Shown here piece after piece: positions 9,950 through 19,592 of a DNA stretch of 64,000 nucleotides. Every line of letters begins with the position of its first letter. Within the stretch, counting starts at the first letter, position 1. Made by a program: the position numbers and the translations under genes. The stretch is taken from the IMG/VR virus record IMGVR_UViG_3300027770_000027, positions 163,353 to 227,352 of that record, one strand, 5' to 3'. Below the pieces are notes generated by a model that searched no databases, had not been told where the DNA came from, and was given only the letters and a program-made list of their open reading frames with translations.

Positions 9950-10542
9950 TAAATGACTTTGGTGGTGGCTGTGAAACAATCTTGGATAATTTCATAAAAG
10001 ATATCATCAATCTTATAAGCCAATTTTTCGACCAAGTCATCTGTAAGATAAAGAGAGAATGCAAAACTAGGAGCTCTGCTTCCTGCACTGATATTAATTC
10101 CAAAATGTCCCAGAGCAACTGTATCTGTAACCTTAGTAATGCTTACACTGGCTTTGCCCCAGTCTTCTTTACCATCTTCACCCATGCCCTTTTTACGAAG
10201 CATCAGATCATCTCCGTTTACTTCAACATCATAAAGTCCAAAAATATCTGTTCTAAAAAGATTAGCAATTTCTTGAACAAATAATCTTTGAAAGAAGACC
10301 GCTCCAATCGGATTCATATTAGGAATCTCCCAACATACACTTAGAGCATCGTCTGAGTATATAAAATCATTTGATAGCTTATCTTCAAGATCAATTAAAT
10401 TATCTTTAACATCCATATTGCCTCGTGTAATATAGGCAACTCCAAGTGGATTATATTCCTTGCGAAAAATTTGATATCCAAAACGATTGTGGATTAAAGA
10501 TCCGTCATAGTCTTCATCATTATAAATTCTTGATCTGCTCAT
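9949..10542 (-). CDS. DUF366 family protein (biotin/lipoate ligase-like fold)
   Basis: YDGS.I...F.Y, RG..DV...IDLED.....I.SDD, QRLFV, GDD..., K.SVSI, H.GINI match the DUF366 pattern as recalled. Confidence 0.7.
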   Translation of the reverse strand: MSRSRIYNDEDYDGSLIHNRFGYQIFRKEYNPLGVAYITRGNMDVKDNLIDLEDKLSNDFIYSDDALSVCWEIPNMNPIGAVFFQRLFVQEIANLFRTDIFGLYDVEVNGDDLMLRKKGMGEDGKEDWGKASVSITKVTDTVALGHFGINISAGSRAPSFAFSLYLTDDLVEKLAYKIDDIFYEIIQDCFTATTKVI

Positions 10543-10567
10543 AAATATATGATAGCTGTTAACTAGC

Positions 10568-11251
10568 TTAAGTCCCGAATTTTTTTGAGAAGAGTTTTGC
10601 ACTGTCCATCCAGTCTGGGGTGTTCATACTGTCTCCCAGCCCATGATGAACTACTCGAATAGGCAATACCCCCATTTTGACCTTTTTGGCGTTGCAGTCT
10701 AAACAAAAAGCCAAATCATAGTGGTGAAAATTAAAATCTTTATCAAATTTAGCACCTTTAGTAGTCACTGCTTCTACATCAATTGCTAAGAACAAACCAT
10801 CTAATACCAGAGCTCTAGAATTTGTGGGCCCGAATACAGTTGTCCACACTCTACTATCCGCCGCATGGGCAACTTCTCCTACATGAGTAGGTCTTTCAGA
10901 CATCAAATGCCACGCAGGAGCTTTGGAGAGATTGATAGATTTGGCACCAGCCAAACCAGTGACTTCATAAGGAGAATTTTGTAATTTGTCTACTAAAAGC
11001 AAATCTTCCAATTCAACATCATCATGTACAAAAAGTAAAATACTTTTCTTGTGTTTTGGATCTTCTAAAAAAGTATTGTAAAGTTTGGACAAACCTTCTT
11101 TATTATCCTTTACAATAACAAAATCAAAAACTCCTTTACGAAACAAATCGTTGGAGTCATATTGACGCTGTAAGGATTTAAAAATTGGCCTGTTTTCAAA
11201 TTCTTTGATGTCTTTTGCTTGAGTTGCAATTACTGCAGTTACTTTTTTCAT
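10568..11251 (-). CDS. GT-A (GT2-like) glycosyltransferase
   Basis: YN, LFVHDDV, GLAG, LDGLFLA, FD..F.FHHYDL.FCL, V.HHG.G. Confidence 0.8.
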   Translation of the reverse strand: MKKVTAVIATQAKDIKEFENRPIFKSLQRQYDSNDLFRKGVFDFVIVKDNKEGLSKLYNTFLEDPKHKKSILLFVHDDVELEDLLLVDKLQNSPYEVTGLAGAKSINLSKAPAWHLMSERPTHVGEVAHAADSRVWTTVFGPTNSRALVLDGLFLAIDVEAVTTKGAKFDKDFNFHHYDLAFCLDCNAKKVKMGVLPIRVVHHGLGDSMNTPDWMDSAKLFSKKFGT

Positions 11252-11886
11252 ATAAAATAAGGACTTTCGTAAGAAAATGTTCCTTCTTTTGAGAAAGAAC
11301 CTTCTTTTAATTTAAACCAAATTCCATCTTCTTCAACGCATGTAGAATCTTGAAACTGAGAAGACGAAAAAGAATCTTTATCCATCCACAATGAACTACC
11401 CGCCTTGACCACATACACCTCTCCGTCCCACACAATCCAACTGGTAAGTAATCCTTGATAGTTGGAATATGTTTTTGATATACTGTAATTTTTAATTAAA
11501 TCATGGGGTATCATTTGGGAGTCCACCTCAAATGGAGGATTACTATTAATTTCTTCAAAATTTGTTATAATACCATTGTGAGCTACAAAACAACCATCCT
11601 GGTCAAATGGGTGAGTTGTTTTGTCACTCCATTTAGTTTCTGTACTATTAGTGGGTGCTCTGGAATGAAAAAGAAAATAATCGTAAGGTTGATTACTCAA
11701 TGCTAACTTATATTGATAATTTTCAAAATCTGTATCTGTCAGGTGTCCTGGCAGTTTGTGTATAAAATATGATTTTGAGTTTCTACAAACCGCCATGAAC
11801 CCCGTAGAATAACTACCTCGATGTAAATTTAATTTGTAAAGATTAAATGCTTTTTCAAAATTTGAACTGCCTGCAATTCCACACAT
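11248..11886 (-). CDS. class II (Ntn) glutamine amidotransferase, stand-alone equivalent of the GAT domain of GAT-QueC
   Basis: N-terminal MCGI.G, RG..STG, H.RAPT, HPF, VAHNGII.N, VDS..I; directly downstream of queC. Confidence 0.85.
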   Translation of the reverse strand: MCGIAGSSNFEKAFNLYKLNLHRGSYSTGFMAVCRNSKSYFIHKLPGHLTDTDFENYQYKLALSNQPYDYFLFHSRAPTNSTETKWSDKTTHPFDQDGCFVAHNGIITNFEEINSNPPFEVDSQMIPHDLIKNYSISKTYSNYQGLLTSWIVWDGEVYVVKAGSSLWMDKDSFSSSQFQDSTCVEEDGIWFKLKEGSFSKEGTFSYESPYFI

Positions 11887-11890
11887 GATA

Positions 11891-12631
11891 TTATAATACT
11901 GTGCAATTATATTTTTGCCAATCAATGATTCGCGAATATTGTAGAGGATCTACCTTTTTAAGTTGGATCCAGCCTGCCAATCTTGCTGAACAACTTGGAC
12001 ATTCTCCACATGACTTTTCGTGTTCGGTATAGCAAGTACGAGTTTGTGTAAAATCTACACCCAATTCAATTCCATATTCTATAATTTCTTTTTTTGTTTT
12101 ATCAATTAAAGGTGCTTTAATTTCTATTTGTTTGCGCCTGTTCAAAGAAAGAATAGTATTTAACCGGTTCCTAAATCCTGGTGTACAATCCCAGAACCCA
12201 GAAGTATCATCTGCTTTGGCAGCTCCGTATAGAACATGTTCTGCTCCTACACTTTCTGCCATACCAATTGCCAAAGACAAAAATATCATATTTCTATTGG
12301 GAACGTATGCAGTATTTTGTGGATCTCCGATAACCTCTTTCATTTTAGGAACATCTACGTCATCTCTTGTCAAGGCTGAATCAAATTTTAAAAATTTTAA
12401 AGCTAATGGAAATCTACTATACTTTATTTTTTCAGCATGTTTTGATTTAAAAATAATATTTGTAATATAATCCTCTGCTCTGGTTAATTCACTGATATTT
12501 CTTTGTCCGTAATCTATACCTAAAGCATATACTTGTTCATAATTTGTCAATGCATGATGCAAAACAACTGTGCTATCCATGCCACCACTGTATAAAACAA
12601 CACAAGACTTCGGAGAAAACGATGTATCCAT
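11891..12631 (-). CDS. queC: 7-cyano-7-deazaguanine synthase
   Basis: SGGMDS PP-loop, DYGQR...E, YVPNRNMIFLS, DC...F, APL....K, T.TCY...CGECPSC..R. Confidence 0.95.
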   Translation of the reverse strand: MDTSFSPKSCVVLYSGGMDSTVVLHHALTNYEQVYALGIDYGQRNISELTRAEDYITNIIFKSKHAEKIKYSRFPLALKFLKFDSALTRDDVDVPKMKEVIGDPQNTAYVPNRNMIFLSLAIGMAESVGAEHVLYGAAKADDTSGFWDCTPGFRNRLNTILSLNRRKQIEIKAPLIDKTKKEIIEYGIELGVDFTQTRTCYTEHEKSCGECPSCSARLAGWIQLKKVDPLQYSRIIDWQKYNCTVL

Positions 12632-12649
12632 ATGGTAAATATAGTATAA

Positions 12650-13219
12650 ATGAAAACTTCGAAGAAATCTAGCAAAAAGAATCAAAAAGTGTATAGCAAA
12701 GCACAGAAAAGTGAAGTTGCACGAATTTTAAAGTCAAATCAGCAAGAATGTGGGTGTGATGAATCTTATGTTCCATTTCTTAAAAGTTTTATCAAACATT
12801 TAGTAAGAGAAGCAGATGAAGCTCCAGCTGTAGAACCCCAGGACCCACAAAGTTTTACACAAGATCAAAATCAAAAAGATTTTAAGGGATCTTTAGAGCC
12901 ATCTACACAGCCAGACCAATTTGATACAGAAGGAACTGATCCAAATCTGGCTGCTGATGCTATTGCTTCTATTACAGAATGGTCGGGTAGATTGGAGGAG
13001 TTTGCAAAATTCTTAAATAGTCCGGATAGCCAGTCTTTACATGCTACATTAGCAGCTCAGGATCGTCCGGGTTCTTTGTTAAGAGGAGTTACTCGTAAAG
13101 CATCTGATAGTATTACACGTATTGCAGGAGAAGTAGAAAAACTTAAAGAGGTTCTTAATCAATTTATTATTATGGCTCCTAAAAAACAAAGAGATACAGA
13201 TCAACTTAAAATGGCTTAA
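12650..13219 (+). CDS. hypothetical late protein, possible head internal protein
   Basis: TAAATA 8 nt upstream; basic N-terminus followed by F...L.REA. Confidence 0.6.
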   Translation: MKTSKKSSKKNQKVYSKAQKSEVARILKSNQQECGCDESYVPFLKSFIKHLVREADEAPAVEPQDPQSFTQDQNQKDFKGSLEPSTQPDQFDTEGTDPNLAADAIASITEWSGRLEEFAKFLNSPDSQSLHATLAAQDRPGSLLRGVTRKASDSITRIAGEVEKLKEVLNQFIIMAPKKQRDTDQLKMA

Positions 13220-14181
13220 ACTTCATACAGAGAATCTAAAATTAAACTGTAAGGTATTTCGTCTATTCCTTCTTTTACTGCCCATTCATTGAAATCTTTG
13301 AATGGACTATTAGAAGGCCAGCGGAATACCTTTTGTTTTGCTGTTAATAGCTCAAAAATCTTCTGCTTGGCAGCATCATCTTTGCGTGGATTGTCTAATA
13401 TCCATATTTTTTCATGTAAAGGAAACTCTGATAACTGTTTTTGCTGTAATGGTGTTAGATTTAGACCTGCCAAACTTACTCCATTTTGAACAAACATAGA
13501 ATCTAGAGGACCTTCAAACAAGAAAATAGAATCCAATTCAATTTTTACACGCTCAATAGCATATACTGACTTATCATATCCCACTTTATTGAGATATCGA
13601 GGCTCAGAACCATCTAGAGAACGGGTTTGATACCAAACTATACGGTTATTTCTATCTGTGTAAGGAATACATAGACGATTTTTGTGAAAAGAATCTGTTA
13701 AGCTAATATAATATGAAGAACTTTTATTTATAGCCGTATTTAATCTACGATGCTCTATATAATCCAGTGCTTTCTGAAAATACTGATTAGTTCCATAATA
13801 TATTTGTTGCTGTTTGTCATTAACATTGATGGAATCATATGGTAATATGGGTTTTTCCTTAGAAGTTTGTTTACTTCCTTTATAATTCTCAGATACATCT
13901 ATAGATATATCTCCGCTAAATGCTTCTGCTTCAATTTCTTCCCGAGAAAGACCTGACGACAATTCTATATAAGTCTGTGAATTCCATCCACGACCACAAT
14001 TAAAACAATAAAAAGAGTTGGTTGAAGGATAATAGAATAATCTCTTTTTCTTCAACCAACTCTTTCCTTCTCTACAAATATTACAAGAAGCGTTGTAATT
14101 TCCGTCAAACTTTCGAAATACGGGTTCTCCCGAATGAGTATAAAACTTACTCAACACATAATGTCCCGGGAGCTGCTTCAT
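13216..14181 (-). CDS. gp61: DNA primase gp61
   Basis: Zn ribbon C.IC.EG...CFNCG, R..IP......V..Q.R, TOPRIM FEGPLDS.F, W.LDN, KDFNE. Confidence 0.92.
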   Translation of the reverse strand: MKQLPGHYVLSKFYTHSGEPVFRKFDGNYNASCNICREGKSWLKKKRLFYYPSTNSFYCFNCGRGWNSQTYIELSSGLSREEIEAEAFSGDISIDVSENYKGSKQTSKEKPILPYDSINVNDKQQQIYYGTNQYFQKALDYIEHRRLNTAINKSSSYYISLTDSFHKNRLCIPYTDRNNRIVWYQTRSLDGSEPRYLNKVGYDKSVYAIERVKIELDSIFLFEGPLDSMFVQNGVSLAGLNLTPLQQKQLSEFPLHEKIWILDNPRKDDAAKQKIFELLTAKQKVFRWPSNSPFKDFNEWAVKEGIDEIPYSLILDSLYEV

Positions 14182-14201
14182 ATAAGCAGTATATAGGAAT
14201 T

Positions 14202-15281
14202 TTAACCTTTAATCACGCTCATAGATTTGAAAATATTACTGTATAAATGTTTGAAATCTACACTATCTTCTAATCCCATCTTTGGGGTCATGCCTCCAAG
14301 TGATTGTCGATGCAAATTTGCCAATTCTGCCTGCTTAGCTCTGTCTAAATCTGCCGCCTGGTCTTCCTCAGATCCCATATCTGCTAGTGTTCCTCCGTTA
14401 TCTTGCTTGGGAATGGCTGTCCATCCATCATCTGTTCTTTTAATTAAATCTTTTCTGCCCAATTCTCCGGCTATTCCTCTTAGATATGATTTAATAGTAG
14501 CATCAGAGTCAGCATACTGTCTGGGAATTAAATTTCTATCAATCTTAGAAACCAATTCATTGTTCTCTAGAGGACCTTCTGCTTCAATCAGATCTAATAG
14601 AGCTTGTTGAATGTCTGATAAATCTAATTCTGCTCCTTCTTTTCCAGTAAATCCCGCTTTATCCGGTGTTGCTGCTGGTTCCTCATTTTTTTGAGAAGGA
14701 GTTTCTTCTGGTTCTGGTTCGACTGGAACCTCTTCAGTTTCTCCAGGTGTTTCTTCGGGAGAAACCTCTGTTTCAGCTGGTGTGTTTTCAGCTTCTTCGG
14801 ATCCAGATCCTTCTTCATCTTTAATATCTTCTGAAGAAGCTTGTGGTAGGGCGGCTCCTGCTGGGTTGTTTCCAGATTCATCTGGAGTTTGAGTAATTAA
14901 ATTCAAGCCGTAAAGATAATTTCCAATAGTTTTCATCCATTTTTCAGCTGGGGAAGCAGACCAACCTGCTGTATGTTTGAGAAAATCAAAAATAGCAGCC
15001 TGCATCTTTGCATTATCAGGATATGTTTTACCAGAACCATGTCCACTCTTAAGAAAAAGCTCTAAGGCCTTCCAAGCGTCCTGGCCATTATACTTTCCAT
15101 CTCGAGCATTAGGCTTGCGTCGTTCACCAGAACGAGGATCTACATCAGTTTCAGTAAACTTATTTATCCAATCTGGTTTAGGCGCTCTGCTAACTGCGTC
15201 TAGAGCAGGAATTGTGATAGCGCCACGAGGAGCAGCCATTTCTTCTAAATAATTTTCACAAAGATTTTCAAATAAACTCAT
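14202..15281 (-). CDS. hypothetical late protein with acidic linker and probable winged-helix domain
   Basis: E/P-rich linker; LSDIQQALLDLI...GPL...EL...L..L.RK.LIKR...GW resembles a wHTH; TAAATA upstream. Confidence 0.6.
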   Translation of the reverse strand: MSLFENLCENYLEEMAAPRGAITIPALDAVSRAPKPDWINKFTETDVDPRSGERRKPNARDGKYNGQDAWKALELFLKSGHGSGKTYPDNAKMQAAIFDFLKHTAGWSASPAEKWMKTIGNYLYGLNLITQTPDESGNNPAGAALPQASSEDIKDEEGSGSEEAENTPAETEVSPEETPGETEEVPVEPEPEETPSQKNEEPAATPDKAGFTGKEGAELDLSDIQQALLDLIEAEGPLENNELVSKIDRNLIPRQYADSDATIKSYLRGIAGELGRKDLIKRTDDGWTAIPKQDNGGTLADMGSEEDQAADLDRAKQAELANLHRQSLGGMTPKMGLEDSVDFKHLYSNIFKSMSVIKG

Positions 15282-15290
15282 ATATCTTAT

Positions 15291-15929
15291 TTATGGTGTC
15301 CAAATGTCAGATATCAAACTTTGTTCTTCACCAAATTGTTTACCATTCTCCTGTACGTACATGGTTGTTAATGCAATTCGCTGTTCTCTGGTACCAAAAA
15401 TTTCAATAAAAGCAGCTGAATCTCCTTTTGGAAAAATTCTTCCATCCCCTTGCAAATAAGACTGATTAAAAACTTTAAAAATGTTATCAATTTCTTCTCG
15501 GTACACAGGATCTGTATCTCTAATACCATCTGCAACAATTTCAACTGGAGAAGCTTTGGTTAGTGGTAGAAAAAAAAGTATATCATATAGTCTCAATGTT
15601 TCTCTCACGAGGATTCTAGAAGTATCTAAGAACTTTTCAGACACCAAGCCATTCAAATGAAGCCAAGAAGAGTATGCTAGATTGTCTAGTACACACCGAT
15701 CAAAAATTACAAAATCATTTTTACTATACTGAGTGGCTTGTTCTGCTAAAAAATCTAAAATTTGTCTTTGTGATTCTTCAGAGCCTTCTTTGTTGAGAGG
15801 GATATTGTTTTCCTTAACAAGATCTCTGTAAGTCTTCTCTGGAGTTTTATACATCGGCCATTTTGCTAGAAAATCTTGAATGTATGTAGATTTACCAACA
15901 CATTGGGTTCCTATTACAGCTATTTTCAT
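15291..15929 (-). CDS. P-loop nucleotide kinase-like protein (AAA_28/NadR type)
   Basis: MKIAVIGTQCVGKST, DRC.LD.LAY, YD..F.LP, DG.R..D..YR..ID, G..EQR. Confidence 0.8.
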   Translation of the reverse strand: MKIAVIGTQCVGKSTYIQDFLAKWPMYKTPEKTYRDLVKENNIPLNKEGSEESQRQILDFLAEQATQYSKNDFVIFDRCVLDNLAYSSWLHLNGLVSEKFLDTSRILVRETLRLYDILFFLPLTKASPVEIVADGIRDTDPVYREEIDNIFKVFNQSYLQGDGRIFPKGDSAAFIEIFGTREQRIALTTMYVQENGKQFGEEQSLISDIWTP

Positions 15930-15932
15930 AAA

Positions 15933-16181
15933 TTAGTGTTTTAATAGTTCTGGAAAAAACTTTGTAAGTGTATTTTCATTCATAATTTCTTGTTTGTCAA
16001 GAAAAACATTGCATAAAGGTACATTGGGATGGGAACATCTTAGAGAAACTGCCAAATTAATCATTTTTTCAATATCTTCACTATAAAGAGTATGATTTAC
16101 ACTAGGAATAGCACAAAAAAGTAGTGCTTCCAAAATTAATTGGACGTTTTCTTTAACTAATAACGGGTTGGTATTGGACAT
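15933..16181 (-). CDS. hypothetical protein
   Basis: ORF fills the gap between neighbours. Confidence 0.55.
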   Translation of the reverse strand: MSNTNPLLVKENVQLILEALLFCAIPSVNHTLYSEDIEKMINLAVSLRCSHPNVPLCNVFLDKQEIMNENTLTKFFPELLKH

Positions 16182-16207
16182 ATGTCCTTTATACCCTTAT
16201 TTTTAAA

Positions 16208-16942
16208 TTAGTCACCTGAAGTTACCATCATAGAGCCGGTACTATTAGTTGCTAGTATCTTTTTAATATTGTTATAGGTATCATCTGCGGCTTTTAATGC
16301 AGCTTCTAATTGAGAAGGATCTTGAGATAACTGTTCCATAGTATCTAAATTGTCTGGAAGGGTCTCTAAAGTAGAATCTATAAAAGGATCTGCCGTTTGA
16401 ACTTTATCCATTGGGGTGCTTAATGATTGAATACATACACCAATCATTAAAATTCTAGTTGCGGCATTCATTTTATGAATGACATCATCAATATTTACTT
16501 TTAGATTTGCATACTGTCCACCGTCTTTAATTCTTACAGCTGTTAAAAGAAGTTGTATGGCTTTTGCCGCCGTTTCAGGATTTCCTAATTGTTCATCTAT
16601 TTTATCCAATTCTGTTAAACAGCGATTAATAACATCTTCTTTTGATTTTTCTCTTCTTATGCTATCTACATCTGTCAAGAAACACGCAGCTGCTAATTGT
16701 ACTAATTGAATTCTGGCCAAAGCATCTTTTCCTGGTAGCACTGAAGTATCCCCTTCTGGTGTTCCCGCTACAGGTGGTGTAGTGGCTGCGTCTGCTTGTG
16801 TTTCGGGTTCAGCTGGATTTAGTGCATCTTCCTCGTTTAATATTTTTTTAAGAAAATTGTCAAATTTTGAATATCTGTTTGAATTTTTACTCAAAGATAT
16901 TTCTTCTTGTATTAAAGAAGTTAGAAATTTATTAGAAGCCAT
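16208..16942 (-). CDS. hypothetical late protein, possible head internal protein
   Basis: TAAATA 5 nt upstream; LIQEE and ILNEE motifs. Confidence 0.65.
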   Translation of the reverse strand: MASNKFLTSLIQEEISLSKNSNRYSKFDNFLKKILNEEDALNPAEPETQADAATTPPVAGTPEGDTSVLPGKDALARIQLVQLAAACFLTDVDSIRREKSKEDVINRCLTELDKIDEQLGNPETAAKAIQLLLTAVRIKDGGQYANLKVNIDDVIHKMNAATRILMIGVCIQSLSTPMDKVQTADPFIDSTLETLPDNLDTMEQLSQDPSQLEAALKAADDTYNNIKKILATNSTGSMMVTSGD

Positions 16943-16953
16943 AATTCTATTTA

Positions 16954-18318
16954 TTAAGCAATAACCTCTTTGACCACATTTCCGTATACATCTGTGAGCC
17001 TAAATGGTCTACCATTGTATTCATAAACAAGTTTGGTGTGATCAAATCCCATCAAAGCAAGCATGGTTGCATGGAGATCGTGAATATGAACAATATCTTT
17101 GACTGATTTACCTCCAGTTTCATCAGTCTCTCCGTAACGCTGCCCACCTTTAACTCCACCTCCGGCCATCCAAACACTAAAGGCTTTGCCGTTGTGATCT
17201 CTTCCTGGAGCGCCTACTCCACCACCTGCCTGGACTGTACGACCAAATTCTCCACCCCAAACCACAAGAGTAGAATCCAGCATCCCTCTTTGCTTCAAGT
17301 CTGTAAGAAGAGCACCAAATGGCTGATCGTATCTTCCTGCAGTTCTTGTCATGGCGTTCTTAATATCCATGTGATGATCATAGCCACCTACATTCACCTG
17401 CACAAAACGAACTCCACGTTCAACCAAACGTCTTGCAAGCAACATCTTAGCCCCTTCCTCAGTTTCACCGTACAAAGCCTTTGCTTCTGCAGATTCTTTA
17501 GAGATATCAAAAGCATCAGTAGCTTCAGTTTGCATTTTAAATGCTGTTTCAAAAGCCTCGATGCGTGACTCAAGCTGGGCATCTCTTTGAAGTTTTGCGA
17601 GATGGTTTGAGTTCAGTGTATTTGCAAAATTAATCTGCCTTCTTTGTCTTTCAAGAGTAGAAAATTCGCTGCGAATGTTGGCTAAAATCTGTTCTGCTTT
17701 TATTCCTCTACGATATGATACGTTACAACCCTGATACATTCCTGGCAAGAAAGCACATTGTCTCCATTCTGAAGCTCCGTTTAAGGAAATAAATCCAGGC
17801 ATGCTTTGATTCTCTGTACCCAGCCCATACACCATCCAAGATCCCATGCTAGGCTTGGAAAGCTGAGCAGATCCAGTTGCCATCATTTTTTGAGCAATAT
17901 TATGATCTGGAATTTCTGTCTGCATGCTGTTAATGATAGCAATATCATCAGCATGGCTTCCCAATTGAGACCAAACTTCTGAATAATGAATACCAGATTT
18001 TCCAAACTGTTTGAACTCAAAAGGAGAAGCTAGCAAATTGCCAAACTCATGTTTTACTCCATCTCTCTTTTGAAGTTCTGGTTTGTAATCAAACGTGTCA
18101 ACATGAGATGGTGCTCCAGTTGCAAACAAGTGAATGATAGATTTTGCTTTCACTGGCCAGTGAGGCTTTTTTGGAGCAGTTGGAGAAACTGCTTCAGCTG
18201 TCATTGGATTTAAACCATAAAGAGAAGCCAATGAAAGTCCTCCAAGTCCCCAACCAAAGTCGGTAAGGAATTCTCTACGTGTTTGTGGGTCGCTATTGTG
18301 ATGTCCGCAGTCGCTCAT
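16954..18318 (-). CDS. DUF1501 family protein with twin-arginine signal
   Basis: TRREFL, AK.IIHLF..G.PSHVDTFDYKP, PS.GSW..YGLG.EN, ARRLVERGVRFV, WGGEFGRT, GRDHN..AFS.WMAGGGVKGG, D.HAT.L. Confidence 0.92.
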   Translation of the reverse strand: MSDCGHHNSDPQTRREFLTDFGWGLGGLSLASLYGLNPMTAEAVSPTAPKKPHWPVKAKSIIHLFATGAPSHVDTFDYKPELQKRDGVKHEFGNLLASPFEFKQFGKSGIHYSEVWSQLGSHADDIAIINSMQTEIPDHNIAQKMMATGSAQLSKPSMGSWMVYGLGTENQSMPGFISLNGASEWRQCAFLPGMYQGCNVSYRRGIKAEQILANIRSEFSTLERQRRQINFANTLNSNHLAKLQRDAQLESRIEAFETAFKMQTEATDAFDISKESAEAKALYGETEEGAKMLLARRLVERGVRFVQVNVGGYDHHMDIKNAMTRTAGRYDQPFGALLTDLKQRGMLDSTLVVWGGEFGRTVQAGGGVGAPGRDHNGKAFSVWMAGGGVKGGQRYGETDETGGKSVKDIVHIHDLHATMLALMGFDHTKLVYEYNGRPFRLTDVYGNVVKEVIA

Positions 18319-18324
18319 AAAATA

Positions 18325-19584
18325 TTAGGCTAAAAGTTCTTTTACTACAGTCCCATTATACACTATTGCTACAGGACGTCCATCTGGAGTTTCTAGTTTA
18401 GAATCGGGATTAATTCCAATTTGATTATACATCGTAGCTGCAAGATTTTCTGGTGATAGAGCTGACTCTTCGACATCTCCGCCAGTAGCATCAGATGCTC
18501 CGTGAATATAACCTCTCTTAATACCTCCACCAGCTAGAGCTACTGAGAATACTCTCGGCCAGTGATCTCTTCCGCCGTCTTTATTAATTTTAGGAGTACG
18601 ACCAAATTCAGAACTTACCATAACAAGAGTAGAATCTAACATGCCACGTTGATCTAGATCTGTAATAAGAGCAGCATATGCTTGATCAAATGCAGGTAAG
18701 GTTTTGTTCATGTTTGCACCAATATTAGTATGCATGTCCCAACCACCATAAGTGACAGATACAAAGCGTACTCCAGACTCTACCAACCGACGAGACATTA
18801 ATAGTCTTTGACCTGCTTGATTAAGGCCATAAGCTTCTCTTAGGGCATCTGATTCTTTAGTTAAATCAAAAGCTCCCTTCGCCTTTGGAGAAGAAATTAA
18901 ATCATATGCTTGCTGATAGAAAGTATCCATTGCAGCAAGGTTGTCACTCTTTTCGAGATATCTAAAATGTTTATCTACGGTATCAAGAATACTACGTCTT
19001 TTATCAAATCGTTCTTCACTAACAGTTGATTGCAAATCTCTTACCTTAAATCCTGGAGCAGCTGGATCAGAGCCAAGACTAAAAGGACCGTAAGCGTTAG
19101 ATAAATAACCAGTACCAGCGACTTCCCCATGAGCGTTAGGAACAGAAACATAAGCTGGCAAACTATTACGACCACCTAATTGTTGAGCTGTTACTGAACC
19201 AAAAGAAGGATATGTCACAGCAGGAGATGGACGATAACCAGTAAACATAGTGGATGTACCTCTTTCATGAGCTGCATCTCCGTGAGTCATGGAACGGACT
19301 ACTGAAATTTTATCTGCAATTTTTGCTGTCTTTGCTAAATTTTCTGAAAAGTGGACTCCGGGAATTACTGTCTGCACAGATTTGAGAGGCCCTCTATACT
19401 CTGCAGGGGCTAAAGGTTTTGGATCCCACATTTCTTGCGCTGCAGCTCCACCGGGCAAATAAATGTGAATGACTGATTGAGCTTTTGGGGTGAGGGGCGA
19501 CTCTGCTTGAAGTTTTAAGGCGTCTCCTAACGAAAGACCTAAACCTCCAAATAGACCAGTGTAAAGAAAATCACGTCTGTTCAT
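18325..19584 (-). CDS. DUF1501 family protein with twin-arginine signal
   Basis: MNRRDFL, GG..Q.EMWDPKP, RRLVESGVRFV.V..GGWD.H, SEFGRTPKIN..GGRDHWP, AGGG. Confidence 0.92.
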   Translation of the reverse strand: MNRRDFLYTGLFGGLGLSLGDALKLQAESPLTPKAQSVIHIYLPGGAAAQEMWDPKPLAPAEYRGPLKSVQTVIPGVHFSENLAKTAKIADKISVVRSMTHGDAAHERGTSTMFTGYRPSPAVTYPSFGSVTAQQLGGRNSLPAYVSVPNAHGEVAGTGYLSNAYGPFSLGSDPAAPGFKVRDLQSTVSEERFDKRRSILDTVDKHFRYLEKSDNLAAMDTFYQQAYDLISSPKAKGAFDLTKESDALREAYGLNQAGQRLLMSRRLVESGVRFVSVTYGGWDMHTNIGANMNKTLPAFDQAYAALITDLDQRGMLDSTLVMVSSEFGRTPKINKDGGRDHWPRVFSVALAGGGIKRGYIHGASDATGGDVEESALSPENLAATMYNQIGINPDSKLETPDGRPVAIVYNGTVVKELLA

Positions 19585-19592
19585 ATATCTAT

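Noticed and set aside
16954-19584. Host contamination or prophage boundary at the DUF1501 genes
   Set aside because: Genes are flush with phage ORFs (gaps of 6-11 nt), on the same strand, with A/T-rich codon ends and the phage upstream motif
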